Shown piece by piece: positions 29,826 through 39,108 of a stretch of DNA of 64,000 nt. Position numbers and translations under genes: made by a program. Numbering within the stretch: position 1 is the first letter of the stretch; every line of letters begins with the position of its first letter. Below the pieces are notes generated by a model, which saw nothing but the letters and a program-made list of their open reading frames with translations, did not search any database and was not told where the DNA came from. The stretch is from an uncultured SAR86 cluster bacterium (lineage in GTDB: Bacteria; Pseudomonadota; Gammaproteobacteria; Magnimaribacterales; D2472), in assembly GCA_902513515.1 (NCBI GenBank), contig CABXNE010000003.1, positions 5,093 to 69,092 of the forward strand, in the 5' to 3' direction.

Positions 29826-30875
29826 TTATTTTTTCTCTAAATTTTGAAGATATTTTTTTGATGATATTTGATGGAGTCTGCTTTCCGTCCTAACCCATAA
29901 ATGATGCAGCTGATCACCAGAATACAAATTATTTATTAAATCTGGGTCATAGAAGAATTTTAATTTTTGTTTTTCTTGGTAAGCAATATCAATAAAGCTG
30001 ATAAATCTTCTAAGTTTGTCAATATGATCATCATTACATTCATGAAAATTATTGATAAAAACCCATTCAAATTTTTTGATAATCTCAATAAAATCCTTAC
30101 TTGAGCATGGTGATGAAAAAAAATCATCAAATGAAAGCCAAAGAATCTTATCCGAACAACCTAAACAATTAAATTTTCTCTTGCTTGCTGAAAATTCAGT
30201 TATATCAGCAATATCTTTTTTGAAAGTCCTTTGTAAAAAATCCTGAACCCTTTCATCACTATTCCTGTCTTCAATAGAACTATCGAAACGTGCAATTTCT
30301 TTTAGTCTATAGTCCTCGGTTCCTAATAAATGATAAATAAAAAAGTTTTCATTTATGAAATCAATAGTATTTAAAAATTTAGCTCTCTGGAGGCCATCCT
30401 TATAAAGGTTATCTGGATGTGAATTAGAGGAAATTAATAATCTTATTCCTTTTTTGGATAATGCCTCAATTAAAGTGCCTATGATCATCGCATCAGCAAT
30501 ATCTTCAATCTGAAATTCATCTATAAAAATAATCGTATAATCATTCGAAAAATCCTTAACAACCTTTAATAAGGGATCACTGTTTCCTGAAAAATCAGAT
30601 AATTTTTTATGCACAAGCTGCATAAATTCTATAAAGTGAAATTGGCCTACATGAGAAAAATAAGAATCTTGGATGGCTTGAAGCATCATTGTTTTGCCTC
30701 TCCCAACTGGACCCCATAGATATAAATTGCAAGCTGAATTATTGCTAAAAAAAAATGTTGGAGGTTTGTACTTTGAATCAAGCTCAATAAATTCTTCTAG
30801 GAATGAAGTTTGCGAATTATCGAGAACTATACCTTTAGCAGATAAATTCTCTATTACAACTTTTATATCCTTCAT
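29826..30875 (-). CDS. zapE: AFG1-family ATPase ZapE (YhcM)
   Basis: 349 aa. Walker A GPVGRGKT, Walker B IIFIDEF. Lies next to rplM-rpsI as in E. coli/Pseudomonas. Confidence 0.85.
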   Translation of the reverse strand: MKDIKVVIENLSAKGIVLDNSQTSFLEEFIELDSKYKPPTFFFSNNSACNLYLWGPVGRGKTMMLQAIQDSYFSHVGQFHFIEFMQLVHKKLSDFSGNSDPLLKVVKDFSNDYTIIFIDEFQIEDIADAMIIGTLIEALSKKGIRLLISSNSHPDNLYKDGLQRAKFLNTIDFINENFFIYHLLGTEDYRLKEIARFDSSIEDRNSDERVQDFLQRTFKKDIADITEFSASKRKFNCLGCSDKILWLSFDDFFSSPCSSKDFIEIIKKFEWVFINNFHECNDDHIDKLRRFISFIDIAYQEKQKLKFFYDPDLINNLYSGDQLHHLWVRTESRLHQISSKKYLQNLEKK

Positions 30876-30895
30876 ATTATTGATTTAATGATCAT

Positions 30896-31900
30896 ATGAG
30901 ATTTTTTAATAACAAACTTTCAAGGATAAATTTTTTAATCTTGGTTGGTATTCTGACATATCTTTATACAAATATGTCGAATGGTGATGGTTATGTGGAA
31001 GCAATCTCAAAGGCATCCCCCTCAGTCGTTAATATAAGCTCTAAAAAGAATAATGGAACTAGATTATTTAATGGAAATTCAGTCAATGATGTCATGGGCT
31101 CAGGAATTATTATTTCTAATGATGGATATCTTATTACCAATCTTCATGTAATTGAGGGAACATCAATTATTGAAGTAGAACTAGATGATGGCCAAGTTTA
31201 TCCAGCATCCTTAATCGGTTTTGATGAAAGGTCTGATCTTGCGGTAATTAAAATAAATCCAATAGATGCTTTAAAGCCTATCGAGGCATCTAACAGCTCA
31301 TCAGTTCAAATAGGTGATCAAGTAATTGCAATTGGGAATGCATTTGGTCTAGGAAAAACATTTACCAGCGGAATTATTAGCGCAACTGGAAGAGATTATG
31401 GAAATCCATATCTTGAACTTTTTCAAACTGATGCTGCCATTAATCCAGGAAATTCTGGTGGAGCTCTAATAAATCATAAAGGCAACTTGATTGGAATGAA
31501 TACAAAAATTTTTTCTAAAACAGGATCCTATGCAGGAATTGGATTTGCTCTGCCAGCCAATAAAATGATTGAAGTCGCCTCAGAGATTATTCAGTACGGC
31601 TCAGTTAAAAGATCATGGGTTGGAGATTTTAGAGTAAAGGCCAAAAGGTTCTTATTAAATAACAAACCTACCTATGGTCTTGAGATATTAGAGCTAAAAA
31701 ATATTGGGCCACTTTTTAATAATGGAAAAATAAAACCAGGAGCAATAATCTTGTCAGTTAATAATGAATCGCCTTCATGGGAGAATTTAACTAGCGCTCT
31801 AAAAAATTCCTTTCCAGGGGATGAGATCAACTTCAAAATATTACAAGACTCAAATGTAGAAGATTACAAGGTTGTAACAGAAGCTATTCCCATTCAATAA
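30896..31900 (+). CDS. degS: DegS/AlgW-type periplasmic serine endoprotease (one PDZ domain)
   Basis: 334 aa. N-terminal anchor, catalytic triad context ITNLHVI / SDLAVIK / GNSGGAL, single C-terminal PDZ-like region. Confidence 0.85.
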   Translation: MRFFNNKLSRINFLILVGILTYLYTNMSNGDGYVEAISKASPSVVNISSKKNNGTRLFNGNSVNDVMGSGIIISNDGYLITNLHVIEGTSIIEVELDDGQVYPASLIGFDERSDLAVIKINPIDALKPIEASNSSSVQIGDQVIAIGNAFGLGKTFTSGIISATGRDYGNPYLELFQTDAAINPGNSGGALINHKGNLIGMNTKIFSKTGSYAGIGFALPANKMIEVASEIIQYGSVKRSWVGDFRVKAKRFLLNNKPTYGLEILELKNIGPLFNNGKIKPGAIILSVNNESPSWENLTSALKNSFPGDEINFKILQDSNVEDYKVVTEAIPIQ

Positions 31901-31901
31901 C

Positions 31902-32708
31902 TTAATCATCCTCCCAAACTGGGTCACGTTTCTCTAAAAATGAGGCAATGCCCTCCTTTGCATCATCTGTAAGAGAGTTTTCAGTCATAACCTTTGAAGT
32001 GAAATCATAAGCATCAGCAAGACTCATCTCATGCTGCTTATAAAAAGCTTCCTTGCCAATTCCTAGAGTGGAAATAGACTTACTAGCAATTTTCTTAGCA
32101 ATAGACATGACAGCATCATGGAGATTTTTAGAAGAGACATAGTCATTGATTAGAGAGATTCTCCTAGCCTCTGCAGCATCAATCATATCGCCTGTAAGAA
32201 GCATTTTCAGTGCATCTTTCTTGCTTACATTTCTTGAGAGCGCGACCATGGGTGTTGAACAAAATAAACCTATATTTACTCCTGGTGTTGCGAATTTTGA
32301 TAAATCTGACGCTATAGCTAAGTCACAACTAGCCACTAATTGACAACCAGCAGCAGTTGCAACTCCATTAATTTCCGCTATGACTGGTTTCGGGCAGGCG
32401 GTGATCATCTGCATTAATGAAGAGCATAAATTAAAAAGATCTGAAAAATATTCTCTCCCTTCATCTTCATTATTCCGAGCTTCTGTTATATCTTTTAGGT
32501 TATGCCCTGAACAAAAAACATCACCAATTGCAGAAATTATAATAACCTTCACCGAATCATCAGATGATGCATTAAATAACTGCTTTTTAAACTGCGCCAT
32601 CATATTGTCTGAAAGAGAATTTTTATTCTTTGGATCATCCATCACCAAACGAAGAATGCCTGCATGAGTTTGATCAATCTTTAAAATTTTATTTGTACTT
32701 TCTTTCAT
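31902..32708 (-). CDS. enoyl-CoA hydratase/isomerase (crotonase) family protein
   Basis: 268 aa. Crotonase-fold signatures (VIIISAIGDVFCSGHNL, INGVATAAGCQLVASCD). Confidence 0.8.
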   Translation of the reverse strand: MKESTNKILKIDQTHAGILRLVMDDPKNKNSLSDNMMAQFKKQLFNASSDDSVKVIIISAIGDVFCSGHNLKDITEARNNEDEGREYFSDLFNLCSSLMQMITACPKPVIAEINGVATAAGCQLVASCDLAIASDLSKFATPGVNIGLFCSTPMVALSRNVSKKDALKMLLTGDMIDAAEARRISLINDYVSSKNLHDAVMSIAKKIASKSISTLGIGKEAFYKQHEMSLADAYDFTSKVMTENSLTDDAKEGIASFLEKRDPVWEDD

Positions 32709-32719
32709 AATTTCATTAG

Positions 32720-33118
32720 CTAATTTTCAAGAATTTTTTTTGGGCATTTGTCCATAACTACTTTTAGACCGGCACTTTTTCCCAAAGATTCCGCCTCTTC
32801 ACTATACAGGCCTTCTTGTGTCCATAAGATTTTAGCTTTAATTTTTATTACTTCATTTACAATACCAGGGATATATTCTACAGCTCGAAACACATCCACC
32901 ATATCAATTGGTTGTTCAATAGAATCTAGGCTTGGATAACACTCTTTTCCTAGAATTTTAGTCCTTGATAAGTTTGGGTTCACTGGAAACACTTCAAACC
33001 CGTGGTCTTGAAGAAACTTCATGACTTTGTAACTATCTCTATCTGGGTTAGAGCTAGCTCCAACTATAGCAATTGTTTCAACTTCTTTTAATATCGATTT
33101 TAAATTATCTTTATTCAA
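32720..33118 (-). CDS. CoA-binding domain protein (YccU-like)
   Basis: 132 aa. IAIVGASSNPDRDSYKV...GFEVFPVNP is typical of the small CoA-binding family. Confidence 0.75.
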   Translation of the reverse strand: MNKDNLKSILKEVETIAIVGASSNPDRDSYKVMKFLQDHGFEVFPVNPNLSRTKILGKECYPSLDSIEQPIDMVDVFRAVEYIPGIVNEVIKIKAKILWTQEGLYSEEAESLGKSAGLKVVMDKCPKKILEN

Positions 33119-33269
33119 ATTTTTCTTTAACTAATATCTTTTGAACGATATACCATAAAACTGATCTTTTAGCTTTTATATATTGTTATCGATCATATGA
33201 AAAACATTTTATTGTTGATTTTAAAAGATTGCTATATGATGTATGCTATTAAATGTTAGGGGTTTATAA

Positions 33270-33707
33270 ATGGTCAAGCTTTTCGAGATAATGAAAAAGA
33301 AAGCTACATTGCTTATATTAACTATTGTAATAGCTACTAGTTGTGCGATGCCTGTTACAATGTATGAGGAATCAGTCGATCCCAGGTCACATTTTCCATT
33401 TGACCCAGAATCATTAGATTGCACCCAGCTATCACAGCAAGTAATTAGAGTTCAGGATGTGTTGTCTGATATTGCTGATAGAGTCACAGAAAAAGCAGGT
33501 AGAAGCAAAGCATCATTTACTGCAGGAATAGAATCAAATAATCCAGATAGAGGAACAAACTTCTTTGGTTTTAAATCTAGTGGAGTTGATCCAGTTGTCC
33601 CGGAGTTCCAAGAAACTTTAATCTTATTAGAGGAATTACAAGTTCTTTTTGTTAAAAAATGTTCGTCAACTAGGCAACTTGGATTGCAACCTCCTCCAAA
33701 GGGTTGA
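33270..33707 (+). CDS. hypothetical lipoprotein (orphan; no family recognised)
   Basis: 145 aa. SD AGGGG lies 7 nt upstream. The signal peptide ends in the lipobox-like IATSC. Two further Cys residues. Flanked by the two largest protein-free spacers in the window (151 and 173 nt). The antisense ORFs 33221..33424 and 33452..33715 have no such signals. Confidence 0.55.
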   Translation: MVKLFEIMKKKATLLILTIVIATSCAMPVTMYEESVDPRSHFPFDPESLDCTQLSQQVIRVQDVLSDIADRVTEKAGRSKASFTAGIESNNPDRGTNFFGFKSSGVDPVVPEFQETLILLEELQVLFVKKCSSTRQLGLQPPPKG

Positions 33708-33823
33708 TATTTCACATTAGCTAATACTTCTTGATCAATATAATGGTGGGAGTAATTCTGCTAAATATATCATTTTTCATCTTCTCAATATTTATATAAG
33801 TTATTGATTTATATGGACTTTTC

Positions 33824-33849
33824 ACTCCCACTCAATGGTGGTTGGGAGT
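33824..33849. terminator. GC-rich hairpin ACTCCCAC-N-GTGGTTGGGAGT between the convergent lipoprotein and MTHFR-like genes (possible bidirectional terminator)
   Basis: 7 bp plus 2 bp stem with one bulge, followed on the + strand by TTTGCTT. It lies about 30 nt past the stop of the minus-strand gene. It is one of the few GC-rich stems in the window. Confidence 0.35.
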
Positions 33850-33880
33850 TTGCTTGGAGTTTAGTGGGTTTTGAAGAGTC

Positions 33881-34747
33881 TTATTTAAAATGAGAAATTA
33901 TTCTAGCCGAACCTTTTTCACAATTTGGACCCATCAAATGAACCCCGCCAATACATGGAAGCTGCATGATTTTTTCTATTAGTTCTTGGCAAATTTCTTC
34001 ACCAGTTTCTACTGGTGATTTGCTCTCTTCTAAACGAAGTAAAATTTCATCAGAGATATTTACGCCCCATAAATTTTTTCGCATCCAGTCGCCCTGTTTG
34101 GCTGATTTTAAGGGGCCCATTCCAACTATCACTTTGCAATTGTTGAAAGAGCCTTCGTCGTTTAATCTTTCTGAATATTGTTTAATGACATCGTAATCAA
34201 AACAATATTGAGTTTGAACAAAGCTCGCTCCTTGTTCTAACTTTGAAACTAATTTATCTAGAGCATCTGGTTTTGATAGTTGAGCATATAAATCATCTGC
34301 TGCACCAGAATAAATTGGTAAAGGGTTTTTGATTGCTGTTCCATCAGACAAAGTTCCTCCTGAAATAACCTTACATAACTCAATTAACCCATTTCCATTA
34401 AATTCATTCACAACTGCCGGTCCATTCTTATCTGGCTGATCTCCACTCAAACAAAGAACTTTATTTATTCCAACCGACAACGCTCCGAGCAAAACCGATT
34501 CCAAGGCAATCTGATTTCTATCCCTCCCAGTTAATTGCAAAATAACATCCAATCCACTTCTTTTAATCTCTGAAGCAACCAGCAAACTATTTAAGCGACT
34601 CTTACAATTTGGTGAATCTGTTACATTGATAGCATCAGCAACACCAATAAGCTCTTCAACTTGACTAACGCATCCCACAAGATCAGTGGTGACATCAGGA
34701 GTAGTTTCTGATGTGAATATAAAATCATTAGTACTAAACATTTTCAT
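33881..34747 (-). CDS. methylenetetrahydrofolate reductase family protein (MetF-like)
   Basis: 288 aa. The pattern INVTDSP...RLNSLLVASEI...LQLTGRDRN...LLGALSVGINKVLCLSGD resembles the MTHFR (PF02219-type) TIM barrel. Not verified by search. Confidence 0.6.
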   Translation of the reverse strand: MKMFSTNDFIFTSETTPDVTTDLVGCVSQVEELIGVADAINVTDSPNCKSRLNSLLVASEIKRSGLDVILQLTGRDRNQIALESVLLGALSVGINKVLCLSGDQPDKNGPAVVNEFNGNGLIELCKVISGGTLSDGTAIKNPLPIYSGAADDLYAQLSKPDALDKLVSKLEQGASFVQTQYCFDYDVIKQYSERLNDEGSFNNCKVIVGMGPLKSAKQGDWMRKNLWGVNISDEILLRLEESKSPVETGEEICQELIEKIMQLPCIGGVHLMGPNCEKGSARIISHFK

Positions 34748-34842
34748 TGCTCCTGCATAGAAGAGTGATGAAAGAAAAATTTCCTAAGATCAAAGAGCAT
34801 CTATGCATTTAATTATAATAATTGTTTCTGAGAAAAGCGCTA

Positions 34843-36102
34843 CTAATTTGGCAATCTTGTAATATCTGCTCCAAGATATGACAACTTCTCCTCAATCCTT
34901 TCGTATCCCCTATCAATATGATAGATGCGGTCTACAACTGTCTCACCTTTGGCACATAGCCCTGCTAAAATTAAACTTGCTGATGCGCGCAGATCTGTTG
35001 CCATCACAGGCGCTCCATTAATTGAATCAACTCCCTTAACAAATGCATTGCTTCCTTTAACTGTTATATCGCAACCCATTCTATTGAGTTCTTGGACATG
35101 CATGAATCTATTCTCAAATACATTTTCTGTTACAACCGATGAACCCTCAGACAATGCATTTAATACAGTAAATTGTGCCTGCATATCTGTTGGAAATCCT
35201 GGAAATGGAGCTGTAGAAATATCTACTGGTAAAATAGAATTATTTTTCATAATCAGTTGAATGCTATTATCGCCAACATTTATTGATGCTCCACTTAATT
35301 TCAATTTATCTAAAATATTGTTCATACGGGGAGCTTGTACATTTGAAATAGTTATATCACCACCAGTTATAGCAGCTGCAATTAAATAAGTCCCAGCTTC
35401 TATCCTATCTGCTGGGATGGAAAATTTTGTTCCAGTCAGATCTTCAACACCATCAATAACAATTTCATCTGTTCCAGCCCCATTAATTTTAGCTCCCATT
35501 GAATTCAGAAAATTTGCTAAATCTTCCACCTCAGGTTCTTTCGCAACATTTCTTAGAACGGTCTGACCTTTTGCAAGAACTGCTGCCATCATAATATTCT
35601 CTGTTCCAGTTACAGAAACTCCTGGAAAATTAATTTCACAGCCAATTAGTTTTTTTGAAGTTGCTTCAATATAACCATTTTTTAATTCAATCTTAGCCCC
35701 AAGCTTTTCTAATGCATCTAGATGAAAATCAACCGGCCTTGTTCCAATTGCACAACCTCCTGGAAGAGCGATTCTCGCAAAACCATAACGAGTTACAAGG
35801 GAGCCGAGCACTAAAATTGAGGCACGCATGGTCTTTACCAACTCATATCTAGCCTCAAAGTCATTTAATTTAGATGTTGAAATAATGAAATCCATATTTT
35901 CATTTAAGGTAATATCTGCACCCATTGAGCCCAAGATTTCAAACATAGTTGTAATATCTTGAAGATAAGGCAGATTTTTAAAAGTGATTGATTGATCACT
36001 CAATATTGTTGCTGCCAACATTGGCAATGCAGCATTTTTTGCTCCAGAGCAAGAAATAGATCCAGAGAGTTTATTCCCACCAATGATTCTTAGTTTTTCC
36101 AT
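34843..36102 (-). CDS. murA: UDP-N-acetylglucosamine 1-carboxyvinyltransferase
   Basis: 419 aa. GAKNAALP, active-site loop LPGGCAIGTRPVDFHL, C-terminal YERIEEKL. Confidence 0.97.
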   Translation of the reverse strand: MEKLRIIGGNKLSGSISCSGAKNAALPMLAATILSDQSITFKNLPYLQDITTMFEILGSMGADITLNENMDFIISTSKLNDFEARYELVKTMRASILVLGSLVTRYGFARIALPGGCAIGTRPVDFHLDALEKLGAKIELKNGYIEATSKKLIGCEINFPGVSVTGTENIMMAAVLAKGQTVLRNVAKEPEVEDLANFLNSMGAKINGAGTDEIVIDGVEDLTGTKFSIPADRIEAGTYLIAAAITGGDITISNVQAPRMNNILDKLKLSGASINVGDNSIQLIMKNNSILPVDISTAPFPGFPTDMQAQFTVLNALSEGSSVVTENVFENRFMHVQELNRMGCDITVKGSNAFVKGVDSINGAPVMATDLRASASLILAGLCAKGETVVDRIYHIDRGYERIEEKLSYLGADITRLPN

Positions 36103-36104
36103 TT

Positions 36105-36326
36105 TTAACCTATTTCTGATGGAGATTTTGTTCTTAAGCTTAAAGCATGTAACTCACCTGTCTGAAAGTGTTCCTTTAAAAAGCTCAAAACTAACTTATG
36201 ACGTTGAAGAGAATTCATACCCTCAAATTCTTTACTTATAATCAAGATTTTAGAATTGCAATTTTCTCCATCAAAAGATATTTCAGCTTCAGGAAATTTT
36301 GTTCTTAAAAATTGAGCTATGTCCAT
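36105..36326 (-). CDS. ibaG: BolA-family protein IbaG (YrbA)
   Basis: 73 aa. F.G.S.L.RH+ motif (FEGMNSLQRHKLV) and ...HALSL. Lies immediately upstream of murA as in E. coli/Pseudomonas. Confidence 0.8.
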   Translation of the reverse strand: MDIAQFLRTKFPEAEISFDGENCNSKILIISKEFEGMNSLQRHKLVLSFLKEHFQTGELHALSLRTKSPSEIG

Positions 36327-36347
36327 TAGATAATTATCAGCAGATGA

Positions 36348-36962
36348 TTAATCAAGATTAGCATCAGATGTCCAATGCTGTATTATTTTGTCAATATTTC
36401 CATTATGTTCCTTTGCGAGAGCCTGGAACTGATTCCTAAAAGTAAGGCCCAAATTTACTCCATTTACAATTATATTAATGATTAACCAATTTCCATTTTT
36501 ATGTTTTCTTACCTTATAAGTTATTGGATAAATATTGCTAGAAGTAATTAAATTCTGCTGAACATCCTCTGTTTTTTTATATTCAGACGACTCTGGAAAA
36601 ATAGTAATGATTTTTTGATCGCCCCATTGAGCTAATGTCGAGGAGTAGGTATCAAGCAATGAATTTTTAAAGGACTTAATAAATTGGAGTCTTTGAGACT
36701 CTGAAGCAGCAAGATAGTATTTTTTTCCCATCACACTTGCACCCACTCTTCTAAAATCAACCATTGGCTCAAAAACCTCATTAATTTTATCTTTAAATAG
36801 CTCCGGGTCTTCAGCAAAAAGTTCTTGATTATTTCTTATAATAGAAACCATCTCTTGAGCCTGAGTATCAATAAACTTATGAGGGTTAGATGCACTAACT
36901 GCATTGCCGAGTAAGCATATCATTCCAAGAAAAAAAGCTAGAGATTTCAAAGTAGTATTCAT
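36348..36962 (-). CDS. mlaC: periplasmic phospholipid-binding protein MlaC (Ttg2D family)
   Basis: 204 aa. Signal peptide. VFEPMVDFRRVGASVMGKKY...QRLQFIKSFKNSLLDTYSS matches the MlaC pattern. The position upstream of ibaG-murA is conserved. Confidence 0.8.
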   Translation of the reverse strand: MNTTLKSLAFFLGMICLLGNAVSASNPHKFIDTQAQEMVSIIRNNQELFAEDPELFKDKINEVFEPMVDFRRVGASVMGKKYYLAASESQRLQFIKSFKNSLLDTYSSTLAQWGDQKIITIFPESSEYKKTEDVQQNLITSSNIYPITYKVRKHKNGNWLIINIIVNGVNLGLTFRNQFQALAKEHNGNIDKIIQHWTSDANLD

Positions 36963-37001
36963 AGGGGTATTATAACATTAGTAAAAAACTATAAATGAAA
37001 T

Positions 37002-37976
37002 ATGAAAGATAAGAATTTTATAACTTCAGCTTTGAGGGTCATTGAAATAGAGTCAAAAGCTGTAATGAGTTTAAGCAATCAAATACAGCCTAATTTTGAA
37101 AGTCTATGCACAAAGATTCTCAACACTAAGGGAAAATTAATTTTAATGGGTATTGGCAAATCTGGTCATATATCTCAAAAAATTTCTGCAACATTATCAA
37201 GTACTGGCACTTCATCATTTTTTATACATCCAACTGAAGCGGCCCATGGTGATTTAGGAATGATCAGCAAGAAAGATGCAATCTTAATCTTATCCAATTC
37301 AGGAGAAACAAAGGAAATAATTGAAATTTTACCTGCATTAAAACGATCAACTGCGAATATCTTTACCCTTACTAATAACAATCAATCAACTATTGCAAAA
37401 GCAGGTAAAATTAATTTAGTAATAAATGCTGACGAAGAAGCTTGCCCATTAGATCTAGCCCCAACCTCCTCAACCACAATTGCATTAGTATTTGGAGACG
37501 CTCTAGCAATTGCTTTATTGGAGGCTCGAGGCTTCAGCAAAGATGATTTCGCAAAATCTCACCCCGCTGGACACCTTGGAAAAAAACTTTCAACAATAGT
37601 TCAAGATTTAGCAGTCATGAATGAGAAAGCCCCAATAGTTAATCAAGCCACATCCTTAAAAGATGCATTGATGGAAGTAACTGAAAAAAAACTTGGGGTA
37701 ACTTTAGTTTCAAATGATAAATCAGTGGTTGGGATTTTTACAGACGGTGATTTGAGAAGATGTCTTAACAATGAAGTGGATTTAAATAAGACCGCTATAA
37801 AAGATGTCATGACTGCTAACTTTAAAAGTATTAAGAGCAATGCTCTTGCAATTGATGCTGCTGAAATTATGGAAAAAAATAAAATCTTTAGTTTGGTAGT
37901 TAATTCCTCAACAAATAAAAGAGATAACATCGGCATAATTACCATGCATCAACTTCTTGAAGCAGGAATCATTTAA
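37002..37976 (+). CDS. kdsD: arabinose-5-phosphate isomerase (SIS + 2x CBS)
   Basis: 324 aa. GIGKSGHI, SNSGETKE, C-terminal CBS pair. Confidence 0.93.
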   Translation: MKDKNFITSALRVIEIESKAVMSLSNQIQPNFESLCTKILNTKGKLILMGIGKSGHISQKISATLSSTGTSSFFIHPTEAAHGDLGMISKKDAILILSNSGETKEIIEILPALKRSTANIFTLTNNNQSTIAKAGKINLVINADEEACPLDLAPTSSTTIALVFGDALAIALLEARGFSKDDFAKSHPAGHLGKKLSTIVQDLAVMNEKAPIVNQATSLKDALMEVTEKKLGVTLVSNDKSVVGIFTDGDLRRCLNNEVDLNKTAIKDVMTANFKSIKSNALAIDAAEIMEKNKIFSLVVNSSTNKRDNIGIITMHQLLEAGII

Positions 37977-37985
37977 AGTAAAGAA

Positions 37986-38387
37986 ATGTCTCAAAAGTAT
38001 AAAATTTTATCAATTGTATTCGTATGTTTGTATCTTCCTTTTGTGGTTCCAGAAGAGAATGCGAGCTTTCGAAATATTTCAATTCAATCAGATAAAGTCA
38101 CTATTGATGAAGAAACCAGGCAATTAGCTTTCAAAAATAATATTAAAATAAAAATCAATAGCTATATTATAAAAGGCTCTAATGCCCTGCTTAACCATAA
38201 AGACGAAAAATTAGAAATATATGGAAATCCAGCCACGATAAAATCTAATACGATAGATGGTGAGGCTGAATTATTTATAATATATCCAAATAAATCTATG
38301 AATTTAATTGGAAACGCAAAGCTCTTAAACAAAGGAAATTCAATTTCATCTAATCTTATTGCATATAAAATCAGTTCAAATGAATAG
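37986..38387 (+). CDS. lptA: LptA-like periplasmic LPS-transport (OstA N-terminal fold) protein, minimal 133 aa
   Basis: Signal/anchor sequence, then ISIQSDKVTID...YGNPATIKS...GEAE...LIGNAKLL...SISSNLIAYKI, which aligns by eye with E. coli LptA (IHIESDQQSLD...YGKPATFYQ...LTGNAYLQ...ITYLV). Lies immediately upstream of lptB. Confidence 0.72.
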   Translation: MSQKYKILSIVFVCLYLPFVVPEENASFRNISIQSDKVTIDEETRQLAFKNNIKIKINSYIIKGSNALLNHKDEKLEIYGNPATIKSNTIDGEAELFIIYPNKSMNLIGNAKLLNKGNSISSNLIAYKISSNE

Positions 38388-39105
38388 CGACCGCCTAAGC
38401 CTAAATCATATCGAAAAGACCTTTGGTTCCCAAAAGGTTCTTTCGGATATTAGTTTCTCAATTGAAGCAAATGAAATTGTAGGTTTACTTGGCCCAAATG
38501 GGGCAGGCAAAACAACAGCTTTTTATATAGCTGCTGGTTTAATTTTTCCAAATCAAGGAAAAGTATTTATTAATAATAAGGATGTCACAGATGATCCCAT
38601 GCATGCTCGAGCAAATTTAGGATTAGGTTATCTACCCCAAGAAGCATCAATTTTTCCAGATCTAAGTGTTGAAGACAATCTTTTGGGGATATCAGAATTA
38701 TCAGATGGAAATAAAGAGCAAAAAATTAAAAAAGTAAAAAAAGTTATTGATGAGTTTGATTTAAAAAAAATTCTTCAAATGAAGGGAAGAATGCTATCAG
38801 GAGGGCAAAGAAGAAAAGTTGAAATAGCACGCACTTTAATTTGTGAACCTAGCATTATGCTTTTAGATGAACCTTTTGCAGGCATTGATCCAATTGCTGT
38901 TGAGGAAATAAAAGAATTACTTCAAGAAATTTGTAAGAAAAATATATCAATTTTAATAACTGACCATAATGTTAGAGAAACCTTAAGCTTGTGTCACAGG
39001 GCTATTATTCTCAACGAGGGAAGTATTATTGCTGAAGGTAATGAAGGGAGCTTAAAAGATAATACTCATGTTCAGCAGAAATATTTTGGCAAAATGTTTT
39101 CTTAA
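38380..39105 (+). CDS. lptB: LPS export ABC transporter ATP-binding protein
   Basis: The ORF track start (38359) is a TTG. The ATG at 38380 (MNSDRLSL...) is more likely and overlaps the lptA end by 8 nt. Walker A GPNGAGKTT, signature LSGGQRRKVEIAR, Walker B MLLDEPF. Confidence 0.95.
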   Translation: MNSDRLSLNHIEKTFGSQKVLSDISFSIEANEIVGLLGPNGAGKTTAFYIAAGLIFPNQGKVFINNKDVTDDPMHARANLGLGYLPQEASIFPDLSVEDNLLGISELSDGNKEQKIKKVKKVIDEFDLKKILQMKGRMLSGGQRRKVEIARTLICEPSIMLLDEPFAGIDPIAVEEIKELLQEICKKNISILITDHNVRETLSLCHRAIILNEGSIIAEGNEGSLKDNTHVQQKYFGKMFS

Positions 39106-39108
39106 AAG

